Source: Octopus bimaculoides
Lineage: Eukaryota
Assembly (NCBI RefSeq): GCF_001194135.2
Contig: NC_068994.1
Span: forward strand, 36,934,806-36,968,832
Length of the DNA stretch: 34,027 nt
Direction: 5' to 3'
The first letter of the stretch is position 1; each line of letters starts with the position of its first letter. The notes under the pieces are model-generated. The model was not told the DNA's origin. It did not search any database and worked only from the letters and a program-made list of their open reading frames with translations. Below, one piece after another: positions 1 through 10,470 of the stretch. Both the position numbers and the translations under genes were made by a program.

Positions 1-49
<49 letters not shown>

Positions 50-62
50 GTGTGTATATATA
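1..62. repeat. (TA)n/(TG) microsatellite
   Basis: Directly visible dinucleotide run at the window start. Confidence 0.97.
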
Positions 63-63
63 T

Positions 64-240
64 AGTTGAAATTTACAGCAAAACAAAAGACGAAGACAGG
101 TGTATGAACAACAAGTAGGTGTATTAGTTTGCTGCTCAGGATAGTAGGTCTTTTACGTTTTGAGCCTATGCTCTTCAAAAGAAAGGAAGATGAGGAAATA
201 GAAAGAGAGAGAGAGGATAAAAAAAACTTGTGGATTTAGG
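64..240 (-). mobile_element. Short dispersed repeat (family H) with a degenerate hammerhead-like motif; probable Penelope-like element terminal-repeat derivative
   Basis: Reverse complement aligns by eye with 3393-3580 (GACGA.GACA.G..GTGTA..AACAA...GT.TATTAGT.TG..GCTC.GGA). At 149-186 the minus strand reads TTT-CTTTTGA-A-GAGC-ATAG-GCTC-AAAA-CGTA-AAAGA. Confidence 0.65.
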
Positions 241-261
241 GATCAACCAATGTTTTGTTTT

Positions 262-433
262 TATCTTTTACGTGTCTCAGTTGTATCTTTGGCTATACTG
301 CTAAGTTATGGGGATGTAAACAAACCACCTCCAGTTGTCAAGTGATGGTGTGGCAAATCACAAATATAAAACACATGCACATAGACACACACACACACAC
401 TTGCATATATTGCTTATATATGTGGCATATATA
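262..433 (-). mobile_element. SINE family A, 3' half (interrupted by the Tc1 insertion)
   Basis: GCTAAGTTATGGGGATGTAAAC..CAGTTGTCAAG matches the other in-window copies (8571, 12829, 21481, 26079); followed by the internal CA/TA tract. Confidence 0.75.
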
Positions 434-435
434 TA

Positions 436-1688
436 TGGGGGTTGGACAAAATAATGGAAACACCTAAAAATTTCAAACAAATTTATTCTAATATGGGATA
501 GGATCACCTTTGGCAGTAATGACAGCTTGGATTCTACGAGGTATGGACTCTTACAAAGTTTGAATTGTTTCCAAAGGAATTTTTGTCAATTCTTCAGCTA
601 AAACAGTCCCCAGTTCTTCTAGTGATGATGGTGGAAGATATCCACTCCTTACTTGTGTTTCTAAAATGCACCATAAATGTTCAGTAATATGGGGACTGTG
701 GTGGCTCAACTTCACTAGAATGTTTTTCGTGCCATTCAATAACAACTTTAGCTGTTGAATTGGTGCATTATCATCCTGAAAGATTGTGTTTCCCTCTGAA
801 AACAGTTCCACAATCATAGGATGAATTTGATCAGATAAAATGCTTAAATATTCTTGGCTATTAATTCTGCCATGAAGGGAAACCATTGAGCTGGCGGATT
901 TCCAAGATATAGTACCCCAGATCATCACAGATCCTCCTCCAAGTTTAACGGTTGAAAGAAGGTAGTCTGGGTAAAATGCTTCTTTTGGCTGTCTCTACAC
1001 GTATACTCAGCCAGTGGTTTGAAATAAGGTAAAGGATGACTCATCCAAGAAAATAGCATTCTTCCACTGCTCTAGGGACTAATTCTGTAGGTTTTTGCTC
1101 CACTCTAAATGCTTTGCAATGTTTGCTTTTGAAAGTAGTGGTTTTCTGATTGCAGCCCTCTCGTGAAATCCAGCTTTGTGTAGCTCACGGCAAACAGTTT
1201 TTGTGGAAACTGGATTCTCGAGGTGTTCATTAAGCTCTGTAGTAATTTTGGGAGCTGTACTTTTGTGATCCTTTCTAACAATTCATGTAAGAGTCTGACA
1301 GTCCCTATCTGAAAGTTTTGGTTTTCTTCCAGAGTTTTGTTTTGACAAGGAGGTTTTTCCCTCTTTCTCAAAGGCTGTCATTACTTTCAAGACAGTACTT
1401 CTTGATACACCAAACATTTCGTCTGTTTTCATTATGCTTGTTCCTGCCATATGAGCACCAACAATTTGACCTCTTTGAAAGTCCGATAGATCTGTCACTT
1501 TAATGAATTTTAATTACTTTTTCTGGTGATATCTGAAAAGGTAGAGCAATTTTAGCAAAAAATATCAAGCAACACTAATAAGTAAAAAAAAAACATAAAA
1601 AAATAAACAAGCCTTTGATGGTTTTAAAAATATTTCAAAATTATGATGCTAGGATGCTAGGTGTTTCCATTAGTCTGTCCAACCCCTG
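436..1688 (-). mobile_element. Tc1/mariner DNA transposon, near full length, non-functional
   Basis: ~30-bp TIRs: 436-465 TGGGGGTTGGACAAAATAATGGAAACACCT versus 1659-1688 AGGTGTTTCCATTAGTCTGTCCAACCCCTG. TA on both sides (434-435, 1689-1690). Encloses transposase fragments. Confidence 0.93.
551..1498 (-). pseudogene. Tc1-family DDE transposase, frameshifted and partly deleted
   Basis: N-terminal HTH (MTDLSDFQRGQIVGA...GRKPKLSDRD), DESSF-like motif read between the listed ORFs, GGSVMIWG, FQDDNAP, and a truncated SPDLN.IE.LW-like motif (HSPHITEHLW). Split over several frames. Confidence 0.9.
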
Positions 1689-1690
1689 TA

Positions 1691-1860
1691 TATACACACA
1701 CATGCAGCTGGCTTCCACACCACTTCTATCTACCAAATTCAGTCAAAAGGCATTGGTTGACCCAGGGAGAGTACAGAAGAAACTTATCCAATGTACCATG
1801 CAATGGGATTGAACCTGAAACTAGGTGGTTGCAAAGCAAGGTTCTTAACCATACATCCAT
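1691..1860 (-). mobile_element. SINE family A, tRNA-like 5' half (continuation of 262-433)
   Basis: CTACCAAATTCAGTCAAAAGG...GGGATTGAACCTGAAAC..GTGGTTG.AAGCAAG.TTCTTAACCA matches 26330-26464 and 13500-13625. Confidence 0.75.
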
Positions 1861-2232
1861 TCTTGCATCTATATATGTAGTGTATACAATAATATATATA
1901 TTGTGTGTGTGTATATATGAGTGCACTCATGCTTATACCAGAAAAAGACAGGGATTGGAGAAAGAGAGACAGAGTAGAAGAAATGAGAAACAGCGGGGAA
2001 CGAGGAACAGAGACTGAGAAAAGGAAACAGAGTGACTCAGTAATCGTGCAACAGAAGAGTTGCAAAGAAAGTCCTTTTTCTGAAGGCAAGGCAAGAATGG
2101 AGTATATGAAAGGAAGGACACAGCAGTTCACGTCATGGAATTGTACTTAAAGGGGCAAGGTATAAAATACTCAGCTCTGTACTGAAATAAATGAGTGCTG
2201 CAGCAGCAATGTCTGTAGCAGCAGCAGTTGTG

Positions 2233-2233
<1 letters not shown>

Positions 2234-2272
<39 letters not shown>
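2234..2272. repeat. (CAG)13 trinucleotide repeat within a degenerate CAG tract (from ~2197)
   Basis: Direct reading. In-frame TAG/TGA just upstream of the pure run on the + strand. Confidence 0.95.
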
Positions 2273-2274
<2 letters not shown>

Positions 2275-2553
2275 CAGTGTGCATCGTATTGTGGCTTTCA
2301 ACACACACAGCCCAGTAGGTGGAGAATGTTTGATCAAAGTTAGCAGAACAATTCCTAGAATAAAGAACTTTTAAAAGATACTTTGATATGTGAAACTGTA
2401 GATTATATGCATGCACACACACACACACACACATTTGCGTATACATACATACATACATACTTGCATACAAAGGTACAAACACACACATGAATACATAGAT
2501 ATACCTATCTATTTATCTATCTGTCTATAATATATATATATGTATGTATATAA

Positions 2554-2675
<122 letters not shown>

Positions 2676-3392
2676 TGCATGTGTGTATGTATATATAAAG
2701 ACTTATACACACACATAGACAGACATACATGCATACATTACATGCATACATATGTATGTATATATACACGCACACACACGCACACACACACACACACGTT
2801 GGGTAGGTTGTCGCAACCATGCACATGTTCAAAGGTAACAATATCAGAATAAAATCAAATGACAAATGAAAGAATAAAATTTGAAGTAGGTAGAAGAAAC
2901 TTGGATGAGTGCAAAGGAAAAATTGACAAAAATGAAAAATTACAAAAAAAAAAAAGAAAGAAAACTATCTTAGTCTTAGGTGTGAAAGCATGCTAGTCAG
3001 TAGATGCATGATTTAGAAGTGTGAAGCTGGAAACTGAAGAGATGTTAAAAACTAAATGCTATAGTTAAGTATCCAAAGGATAAGAATGTTGTATTGGCTA
3101 TATCATACAAGCATTTGGGAGCAGACTGATTAAACATGAATAAGTGGAAGAAATAACTGAGTATTATTAGTCATAAGGTATTATTTCTCTTTATACAAGA
3201 GAGACACAACCGCAAGAGATTCAATGAAGAAATGAATTATATATAAGCACACATATATACTTATATATAATATGTGTGTGTGTGTGTATGTGCATGTATA
3301 TACATGTATATATAGGTGTGTGAATGTATATACAAAGGTGGTGCACCAGCATGGCCAAAATCAAATGACTGAAACCGTTGACTGAACACTAT

Positions 3393-3580
3393 TCAATTTT
3401 TTTTCTCCGTGTTTTTCTCCTTGTCTCCGTATTCTTTCTGTTGAAGAGCGTAGCTCGAAACGTCAAAGACTTTCCGTATTCCCGAGCGTCATACTAATAT
3501 ATACTTTTGTTATTTACACCACTTGTCCTCGTCTGTTGTTGTTTTTTCGTATATTCTCCCATATAAATATATATATGATT
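3393..3580 (+). mobile_element. Short dispersed repeat (family H) carrying a minimal hammerhead motif; probable Penelope-like terminal-repeat derivative
   Basis: Inverted homolog of 64-240; abuts a (TA)n run at its 3' side. Confidence 0.7.
3433..3469 (+). ncRNA. Minimal type I hammerhead ribozyme-like motif (core variant CUGUUGA)
   Basis: TCTTT (helix I) CTGTTGA A GAGC-GTA-GCTC (helix II) GAAA CG TC | AAAGA (helix I partner). ACGU palindromic helix III, GUC triplet. One conserved core base (A6) is altered. Confidence 0.6.
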
Positions 3581-3609
3581 ACACACACACACCCATATAT
3601 ATATATATA

Positions 3610-4418
3610 NNNNNNNNNNNNNNNNNNNNNNNNNNNNNNNNNNNNNNNNNNNNNNNNNNNNNNNNNNNNNNNNNNNNNNNNNNNNNNNNNNNNNNNNNNN
3701 NNNNNNNNNNNNNNNNNNNNNNNNNNNNNNNNNNNNNNNNNNNNNNNNNNNNNNNNNNNNNNNNNNNNNNNNNNNNNNNNNNNNNNNNNNNNNNNNNNNN
3801 NNNNNNNNNNNNNNNNNNNNNNNNNNNNNNNNNNNNNNNNNNNNNNNNNNNNNNNNNNNNNNNNNNNNNNNNNNNNNNNNNNNNNNNNNNNNNNNNNNNN
3901 NNNNNNNNNNNNNNNNNNNNNNNNNNNNNNNNNNNNNNNNNNNNNNNNNNNNNNNNNNNNNNNNNNNNNNNNNNNNNNNNNNNNNNNNNNNNNNNNNNNN
4001 NNNNNNNNNNNNNNNNNNNNNNNNNNNNNNNNNNNNNNNNNNNNNNNNNNNNNNNNNNNNNNNNNNNNNNNNNNNNNNNNNNNNNNNNNNNNNNNNNNNN
4101 NNNNNNNNNNNNNNNNNNNNNNNNNNNNNNNNNNNNNNNNNNNNNNNNNNNNNNNNNNNNNNNNNNNNNNNNNNNNNNNNNNNNNNNNNNNNNNNNNNNN
4201 NNNNNNNNNNNNNNNNNNNNNNNNNNNNNNNNNNNNNNNNNNNNNNNNNNNNNNNNNNNNNNNNNNNNNNNNNNNNNNNNNNNNNNNNNNNNNNNNNNNN
4301 NNNNNNNNNNNNNNNNNNNNNNNNNNNNNNNNNNNNNNNNNNNNNNNNNNNNNNNNNNNNNNNNNNNNNNNNNNNNNNNNNNNNNNNNNNNNNNNNNNNN
4401 NNNNNNNNNNNNNNNNNN
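3610..4418. other. Assembly gap (N run) flanked by (TA)n
   Basis: N characters. Further gaps at 5389-6252, 7904-7913, 13077-13480, 16923-16932, 23229-23258 and 25083-25139. Confidence 0.99.
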
Positions 4419-5029
4419 ATATATATATATATATATGTCTGTATATGTATGTATATGAATACATATGTACACTGTAATGGAAAGCAAAAGGGGGCAGTGG
4501 ACAGTAAAACAATAGCTATTGAATATTAGATAAGAAATTACTCAGATAAAACTTCACAAAGAAAACGATATTAGATTATGATCCATCAGTAAAATAGGTA
4601 ATAAATGACATTAAATATTTTATGTATTATTGTTTGTTTGTTTGATTACATGTCTGTATGTATGCATGTACAAATGTATGTATGCACAAATGCACACATA
4701 GTTGCATATGTGTATGTGTATGCATTCGAATATATGTTAAAAATTATCCACATATAGATACATATATACATGAATGCACACACATACTTATCTGCCTGTC
4801 TGTCTATCTAATCTTTCTGTCTATCTATCTATGTATCTATCTATCTATCTCTCTATCTCCCTCACAATGTGTGTGTGTGTGTGTGCGTGCATTTATATTG
4901 ATTGTGTTAAAATCCAAGCTCTGTCCTGTTGAAGTACACTCCAGTGTTCCAGATCTGTTATATTCGTGTGAGGTACGAATTGAAGTTGGAAATTCTGAGA
5001 AATATTTTCTGCCAAGTAATTATATATCA

Positions 5030-5325
5030 AAACAGGAGATTGGAAAAATGTTTGGTATTATTTATTCACCATTATACATGTTCCATTTGCAAGAAAGAGT
5101 TACAAAATTGTACACGTAGGAGAAACATGTAAGATATCTCCTGTTTGAAATTCTTCAGACAGAGAATCAAATATTATTATGTATTTGATTTTCTGTCTGA
5201 AGAATTTTTAATAAGAAATATCTCACATGTTTCTTCTGTATGTACAATTTTGTAACTCCTATCAGTACATGAAACATGTGTAATGGTAAATAAATAATAG
5301 CCAAAACTTTTCCAATCTCTTGTTC
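5030..5325. repeat. Imperfect ~295-bp palindrome (fold-back; ~145-bp arms, 8-nt loop at 5174-5181)
   Basis: Example pairs: GAGTTACAAAATTGTACA / TGTACAATTTTGTAACTC; ATTCTTCAGACAGAGAATCAAATA / TATTTGATTTTCTGTCTGAAGAAT; ACAGGAGATTGGAAAA / TTTTCCAATCTCTTGT. Confidence 0.9.
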
Positions 5326-6252
5326 TCATGCACATATATACATCCATATATGTATGTGTATCTCTTTCTCTCTCTCTCCATATATATANNNNNNNNNNNN
5401 NNNNNNNNNNNNNNNNNNNNNNNNNNNNNNNNNNNNNNNNNNNNNNNNNNNNNNNNNNNNNNNNNNNNNNNNNNNNNNNNNNNNNNNNNNNNNNNNNNNN
5501 NNNNNNNNNNNNNNNNNNNNNNNNNNNNNNNNNNNNNNNNNNNNNNNNNNNNNNNNNNNNNNNNNNNNNNNNNNNNNNNNNNNNNNNNNNNNNNNNNNNN
5601 NNNNNNNNNNNNNNNNNNNNNNNNNNNNNNNNNNNNNNNNNNNNNNNNNNNNNNNNNNNNNNNNNNNNNNNNNNNNNNNNNNNNNNNNNNNNNNNNNNNN
5701 NNNNNNNNNNNNNNNNNNNNNNNNNNNNNNNNNNNNNNNNNNNNNNNNNNNNNNNNNNNNNNNNNNNNNNNNNNNNNNNNNNNNNNNNNNNNNNNNNNNN
5801 NNNNNNNNNNNNNNNNNNNNNNNNNNNNNNNNNNNNNNNNNNNNNNNNNNNNNNNNNNNNNNNNNNNNNNNNNNNNNNNNNNNNNNNNNNNNNNNNNNNN
5901 NNNNNNNNNNNNNNNNNNNNNNNNNNNNNNNNNNNNNNNNNNNNNNNNNNNNNNNNNNNNNNNNNNNNNNNNNNNNNNNNNNNNNNNNNNNNNNNNNNNN
6001 NNNNNNNNNNNNNNNNNNNNNNNNNNNNNNNNNNNNNNNNNNNNNNNNNNNNNNNNNNNNNNNNNNNNNNNNNNNNNNNNNNNNNNNNNNNNNNNNNNNN
6101 NNNNNNNNNNNNNNNNNNNNNNNNNNNNNNNNNNNNNNNNNNNNNNNNNNNNNNNNNNNNNNNNNNNNNNNNNNNNNNNNNNNNNNNNNNNNNNNNNNNN
6201 NNNNNNNNNNNNNNNNNNNNNNNNNNNNNNNNNNNNNNNNNNNNNNNNNNNN

Positions 6253-6295
<43 letters not shown>

Positions 6296-6304
6296 GGAAA
6301 TTGT

Positions 6305-6630
6305 AGTTGTGATACCCGTGCCGGTGGCATGTAAAAAGCACCATCCAAACATGGCTGATGCCTGTGCCACCTTGACTGGCTTCTGTGCTGGTGGCACATA
6401 AAAAGCACTAACTGATCGTGGCCGTTGCCAGCCTCCTCTGGCCCCTGTGCCAACGGCACATAAAAAGCATCCACTACATTCACGGAGTGGTTGGTGTTAG
6501 GAAGGGCATCCAGTTGTAGAAACACTGCCAGTTCAGACTGGAGCCTGGTGCAGCCTTCTGGCTTCCAAGACCCCAGTCAACTGTCCAGCCCATGCTAGCA
6601 TGGAAGACGGATGTTAAACGATGATGGTGA
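6305..6630 (+). mobile_element. 3' tail of the RTE-type LINE family (or a SINE sharing it)
   Basis: Repeated TAAAAAGCA units, AGGAAGGGCATCCAG.TGTAGAAAC and CCCATGCTAGCATGGAA...GATGATG end; matches the reverse complement of 31884-32330. Confidence 0.85.
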
Positions 6631-7399
6631 TATACATATTTATAAACTTGCATGCAGTCTGCTATGAGACCAGGACCTACCATAATCAAGGAACACAAAT
6701 GCAGGATTACATTCCTAGAATAAGGTCAGTGCATGACCTTTAGGTTAATATGAATACTGATTTATTCATGCACATATTACTAAAATGATGACAATCTGTG
6801 GACAACTTTTAAGATGAGTTCTGCAACAATTTTGAATGAGAGTTCAAGTAACTATGTTGCTTCTCTGGACGACATTTGTTGTCAGCCATCTGAACTATTG
6901 CTCTCAACTATAGTCACCAAACAGTATTAAGCTAATGGCAAAACTTTAAGCAATCCAATGTTCCTTACATTAAGAAAATTACCTCTGTATAACATTGAGA
7001 TGCTCCTAGGTTGAAAGCACTAAGACACAGCTCCATTATGTAAAGAAGGGGAGTATGAATTTATATATGGAAGATTCTGGAAGTAGTAGCACCAAACTTT
7101 GATACTGGGAGCTATACCAGTCATCATACTAGTTACCATGGCTGAGTGCCGAAGGTCCCCATTCTTTCCCAGATACTGCAAAAGCTTAAAGTGTGTATGT
7201 GTCTATGTTTGTATGTGCATTCTTGCTGTCTATTTACATCCATCTACTCAAAATATGTCATTTGGCCTGTTTGTCAGTGTTGGTGTCTGTACGTATGAGG
7301 TTTGTACATATGTTTATGTGTGTATGTGTGTGTGTGTGTGTGATTGTATATGTGTATTCTTTGACTTAAAATTTATCTGTATGAAGCCACTACCACCCT

Positions 7400-8150
7400 T
7401 ACCCACTTTTCTACACACCCTCTCTACTGTACAGCCTTCTGGTCTGACCATGTGCCCCCATTACCTCACATCCCTCTCTCAATAATAATTACTTCCCTAA
7501 GCACTTTGCCTCTCCTGTATACATCACTCAGCAACCCTAATTGACCTTCAAAGGAAAAATACTTAAGCCATAAAAAAGTTCATTCAGCCACATCTTAAAT
7601 CCCATCTCACATAAAAGGGTTTTTCTTATTCCTGCAAATAACCAAATTACCATTCTTAGATAAATACAGGAAGGAAAAGCCAAAACAAAAAAAAGGAAGA
7701 CTCAACAAAAAAAAAAAAAAACTATTTATTTCATGACTTCTCTTGTCCACAAAAAACAAGCAAAAATAGAAACTTGCTACAAAAAAGTCAACTTACTCCA
7801 AATCACACACATCCAAGCTAAATCCAACTCCTCCAAGCAAAATCCTGCACCTTATGAATACATCAATTTATCAATGTTTTTAATACTTTGAGGATTCCAG
7901 CCCNNNNNNNNNNAAAAAAAAAAAAAAAAAAACTATTTATTTCATGACTTCTCTTGTCCACAAAAAACAAGCAAAAATAGAAACTTGCTACAAAAAAGTC
8001 AACTTACTCCAAATCACACACATCCAAGCTAAATCCAACTCCTCCAAGCAAAATCCTGCACCTTATGAATACATCAATTTATCAATGTTTTTAATACTTT
8101 GAGGATTCCAGCCCAGGATGAAACTACTGGTCACTGTGAGCCATTGAACC
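7400..8150 (+). mobile_element. Possible highly decayed retroelement 3' remnant (Penelope-like?)
   Basis: Stop-interrupted frame (KHFASPVY...LR*IQE) weakly recalls a GIY-YIG C-terminus; a TTGAGGA-TTCC-AGCCCA-GGAT-GAAAC..GTC motif lies at 8099-8132. Confidence 0.25.
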
Positions 8151-8354
8151 TTTCATTTCCATTGCAAAATATACTTAAGTCTCTCTGTCTATATATGTGT
8201 GTGCGTGTGTGTGTGTGCGTTTGTATATATATGCACTTACATAAGTGGGCATATATATGTATGATATGTTTATTTATATGTGGGACTTGACCATTTCCCA
8301 GTGTCATGAATGTTAAAATATCTAGATTCTAATGACTCCTACAACAGATTAATG

Positions 8355-8393
<39 letters not shown>

Positions 8394-8570
8394 TTGGCAT
8401 GTGTATAGATAGATACATACATACATACATGCATGCATATATACATACATACATACATACATACATACATACATGCATGCATATACAACATATGTTTATA
8501 AGCAATATTAATAAAGACTAGCAGAGATACCCAGCATTGCTCAGGATTAAAATGGCATGGTTTTTATTGG

Positions 8571-8780
8571 TTTACTTGTTTCAGTCATGTAATTATGGCC
8601 TTGCTGGAGCACTGCCTTTAGTCGAACAAATTAACCCCAGGATTTATTCTTTGTAAGCCAAGTACTTATTCTATAGGTGTCTTTGGCTGAACCACTAAGT
8701 TATGGGGATGTAAGACAGCAACATCAGTTGTCAAGCGATGGTGGGGATACAATCACAAGCCATACACACAAATATACGCA
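8571..8780 (-). mobile_element. SINE family A, 3' half
   Basis: TTTACTTGTTTCAGTCAT...GCTGGAGCACTGCCTTTAGTCG...CAGTTGTCAAGCGATG, shared with the other copies. Confidence 0.85.
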
Positions 8781-9260
8781 CTTGGGTGTGTTCAACCCCA
8801 TATTTACAAACACTGGGAACCCACCTGACTTAAAAAGTTTTGTTGCTTTGAAGTCTCTAAAGAACTTAAAACTCAAAGAAAAATTATACATACATACGTA
8901 CATATGTATGTATGTATGTATTTATGTATCTCTTCTATTTTTTAATTATTATAAATCTTCCACTGAGGAGGGAGCTAGTTTCCAAAAAAGATGTAGTTAA
9001 CAGATAAATTCACATTTGAAATTTGAGAAATGTCTTGCATATTTTTACTGTTCCTCTCACAGATTGCACTTCTAATGTATGAATTAGCTGGTCAATTTCT
9101 CTTTCTGAAAATCCCAGTTTATCCAGATTCTCCTTAAAGCATTTACTAACAAAACCTCGTACTCCAATTATTATTGGTATGAATATGACTTCATAGTCTA
9201 GATACAAAAGCTGGAGGTTTTGAAGCAGTTGTCCATAGATATCCACTTTTTCTTGTATGT
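8781..9260 (-). mobile_element. 3' fragment of an RLE-type (R4/Dong-like) non-LTR retrotransposon
   Basis: ORF 9010-9264(-): EK...YGQLLQNLQLLY..YEVIFIPIIIGVRGFV...LDKLGF...GTVKICKTFLKF*. The K..KY..L / IPIIIG..G / GT.KI..L pattern is typical of the end of RLE domains. Confidence 0.75.
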
Positions 9261-9489
9261 ACATATGTGCATATGTATGTATATGTTGTATGTATGAATG
9301 TGCGTCTAAAATTACAGTCTGGTAATCATTTTAGTCCATGATTACAAAAGAATTTGATATTGATCACTGAATATTTTATAAATGTGTTGATTTGTATTTT
9401 TTACATCAAGGCCACTATTGTTTCATCAGAGTAAGAGTTCACTAAGCGTCACTAGAGAAGTTATGTTTCAGTACCTATAACCTCCTTCC

Positions 9490-9490
<1 letters not shown>

Positions 9491-9520
<30 letters not shown>
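9491..9520. repeat. (CAT)n microsatellite
   Basis: Direct reading. Confidence 0.95.
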
Positions 9521-9522
<2 letters not shown>

Positions 9523-9570
9523 AATCGTCACCATCACTATGATTGTTAACATGTTATTATTATTATGTTA

Positions 9571-9885
9571 ATGCGCCAGACGAAATACTTAATGGTATTT
9601 CGCCCGTTGCTACATTCTGAGTTCAAATTCTACCGAATTTGAAACCATTATTATTATTATCATCATTTAAGGCTACAAGCTGGCAGAATTGTTACCATGC
9701 TGGGCAAAATGCTTAGTAGCCTTTCTTCCCTATTTATGTCCTGAGTTCAAATTCTGCTGAGACTTGACTTGCATTTCATGCTTTTGGAGTCAATCAAAAG
9801 AGGCACCAGTTGAGCACTGGGGTGAATATAATTGACTTAGCTACTCCCCTGAAATTACTGGCCTTGTGCCAAAATTTGAAACTGC
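9571..9885 (+). mobile_element. SINE family B: one partial copy (9571-9650) and one full copy (9671-9885)
   Basis: AGCTGGCAGAAT...AAATGCTTAG...CTGAGTTCAAATTC (B-box-like)...CCAGTT..GCACTGGGGT; matches 15088 and 29703. Confidence 0.8.
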
Positions 9886-10043
9886 TATTATTATCATCAT
9901 CATTGTTATAGATATATTATCATTATTGTACTTTCCTAAAAACAGTAACCAGTGGAGAAGAGGGACTAACTTCTGACACTATTGATATGACTCATGATAT
10001 CTCATACAGACAGGAATCGTTGACTGTTGATGAACTATGTTGT

Positions 10044-10044
<1 letters not shown>

Positions 10045-10081
<37 letters not shown>

Positions 10082-10097
10082 GTGACGATGATGATGA
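10045..10097. repeat. (GAT)n microsatellite
   Basis: Direct reading. Confidence 0.95.
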
Positions 10098-10234
10098 TTT
10101 CAAATACATAATGATAAATAGATGAAAATAGCTCAAACAAAATATTGAATTATGAAGCCCAAAATTTTGTATAACAACTGAAAAATAAGACAAACTAAAA
10201 TAAACTTTTAACAATTCAAATAATTGTAAATATA

Positions 10235-10470
10235 TAAACTACCATATGTATGTATATATATACATACATACATATATATATATATATACGCACATACACA
10301 CACACACACACATATATATACATATATATATAAATATAAATACATACATCTATATGTATATATATAAATACATATATATAAATATATATATGTAAAACAC
10401 ACACACACACACATACACACACACACACACAAATACATACATAAGTATATAATATGTAAAATATATATAT
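10235..10470. repeat. Compound TA/CA microsatellite field
   Basis: Direct reading. Confidence 0.9.

Noticed and set aside
2128-2488. Possible polyQ, polyC or polyL coding exon from the CAG tract
   Set aside because: Stops flank the CAG frame on the + strand; no splice or homology support on the - strand.
3514-6525. Long ORFs of 300-400 aa in the ORF track (also 12776-13552 and 23019-23682)
   Set aside because: They consist of N runs and (TA)/(CA)/(TG) translations (YI, HT, CV repeats).
7707-8114. Exact ~200-bp tandem duplication (7707-7903 / 7914-8114)
   Set aside because: Identical copies separated by a 10-N gap: typical unmerged contig overlap, not biology.
8958-9000. CTGAGGA-GGGAG-CTAG-TTTCC-AAAA hammerhead-like motif
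   Set aside because: G12 of GAAA is missing, there is no valid NUH triplet and no convincing helix I.
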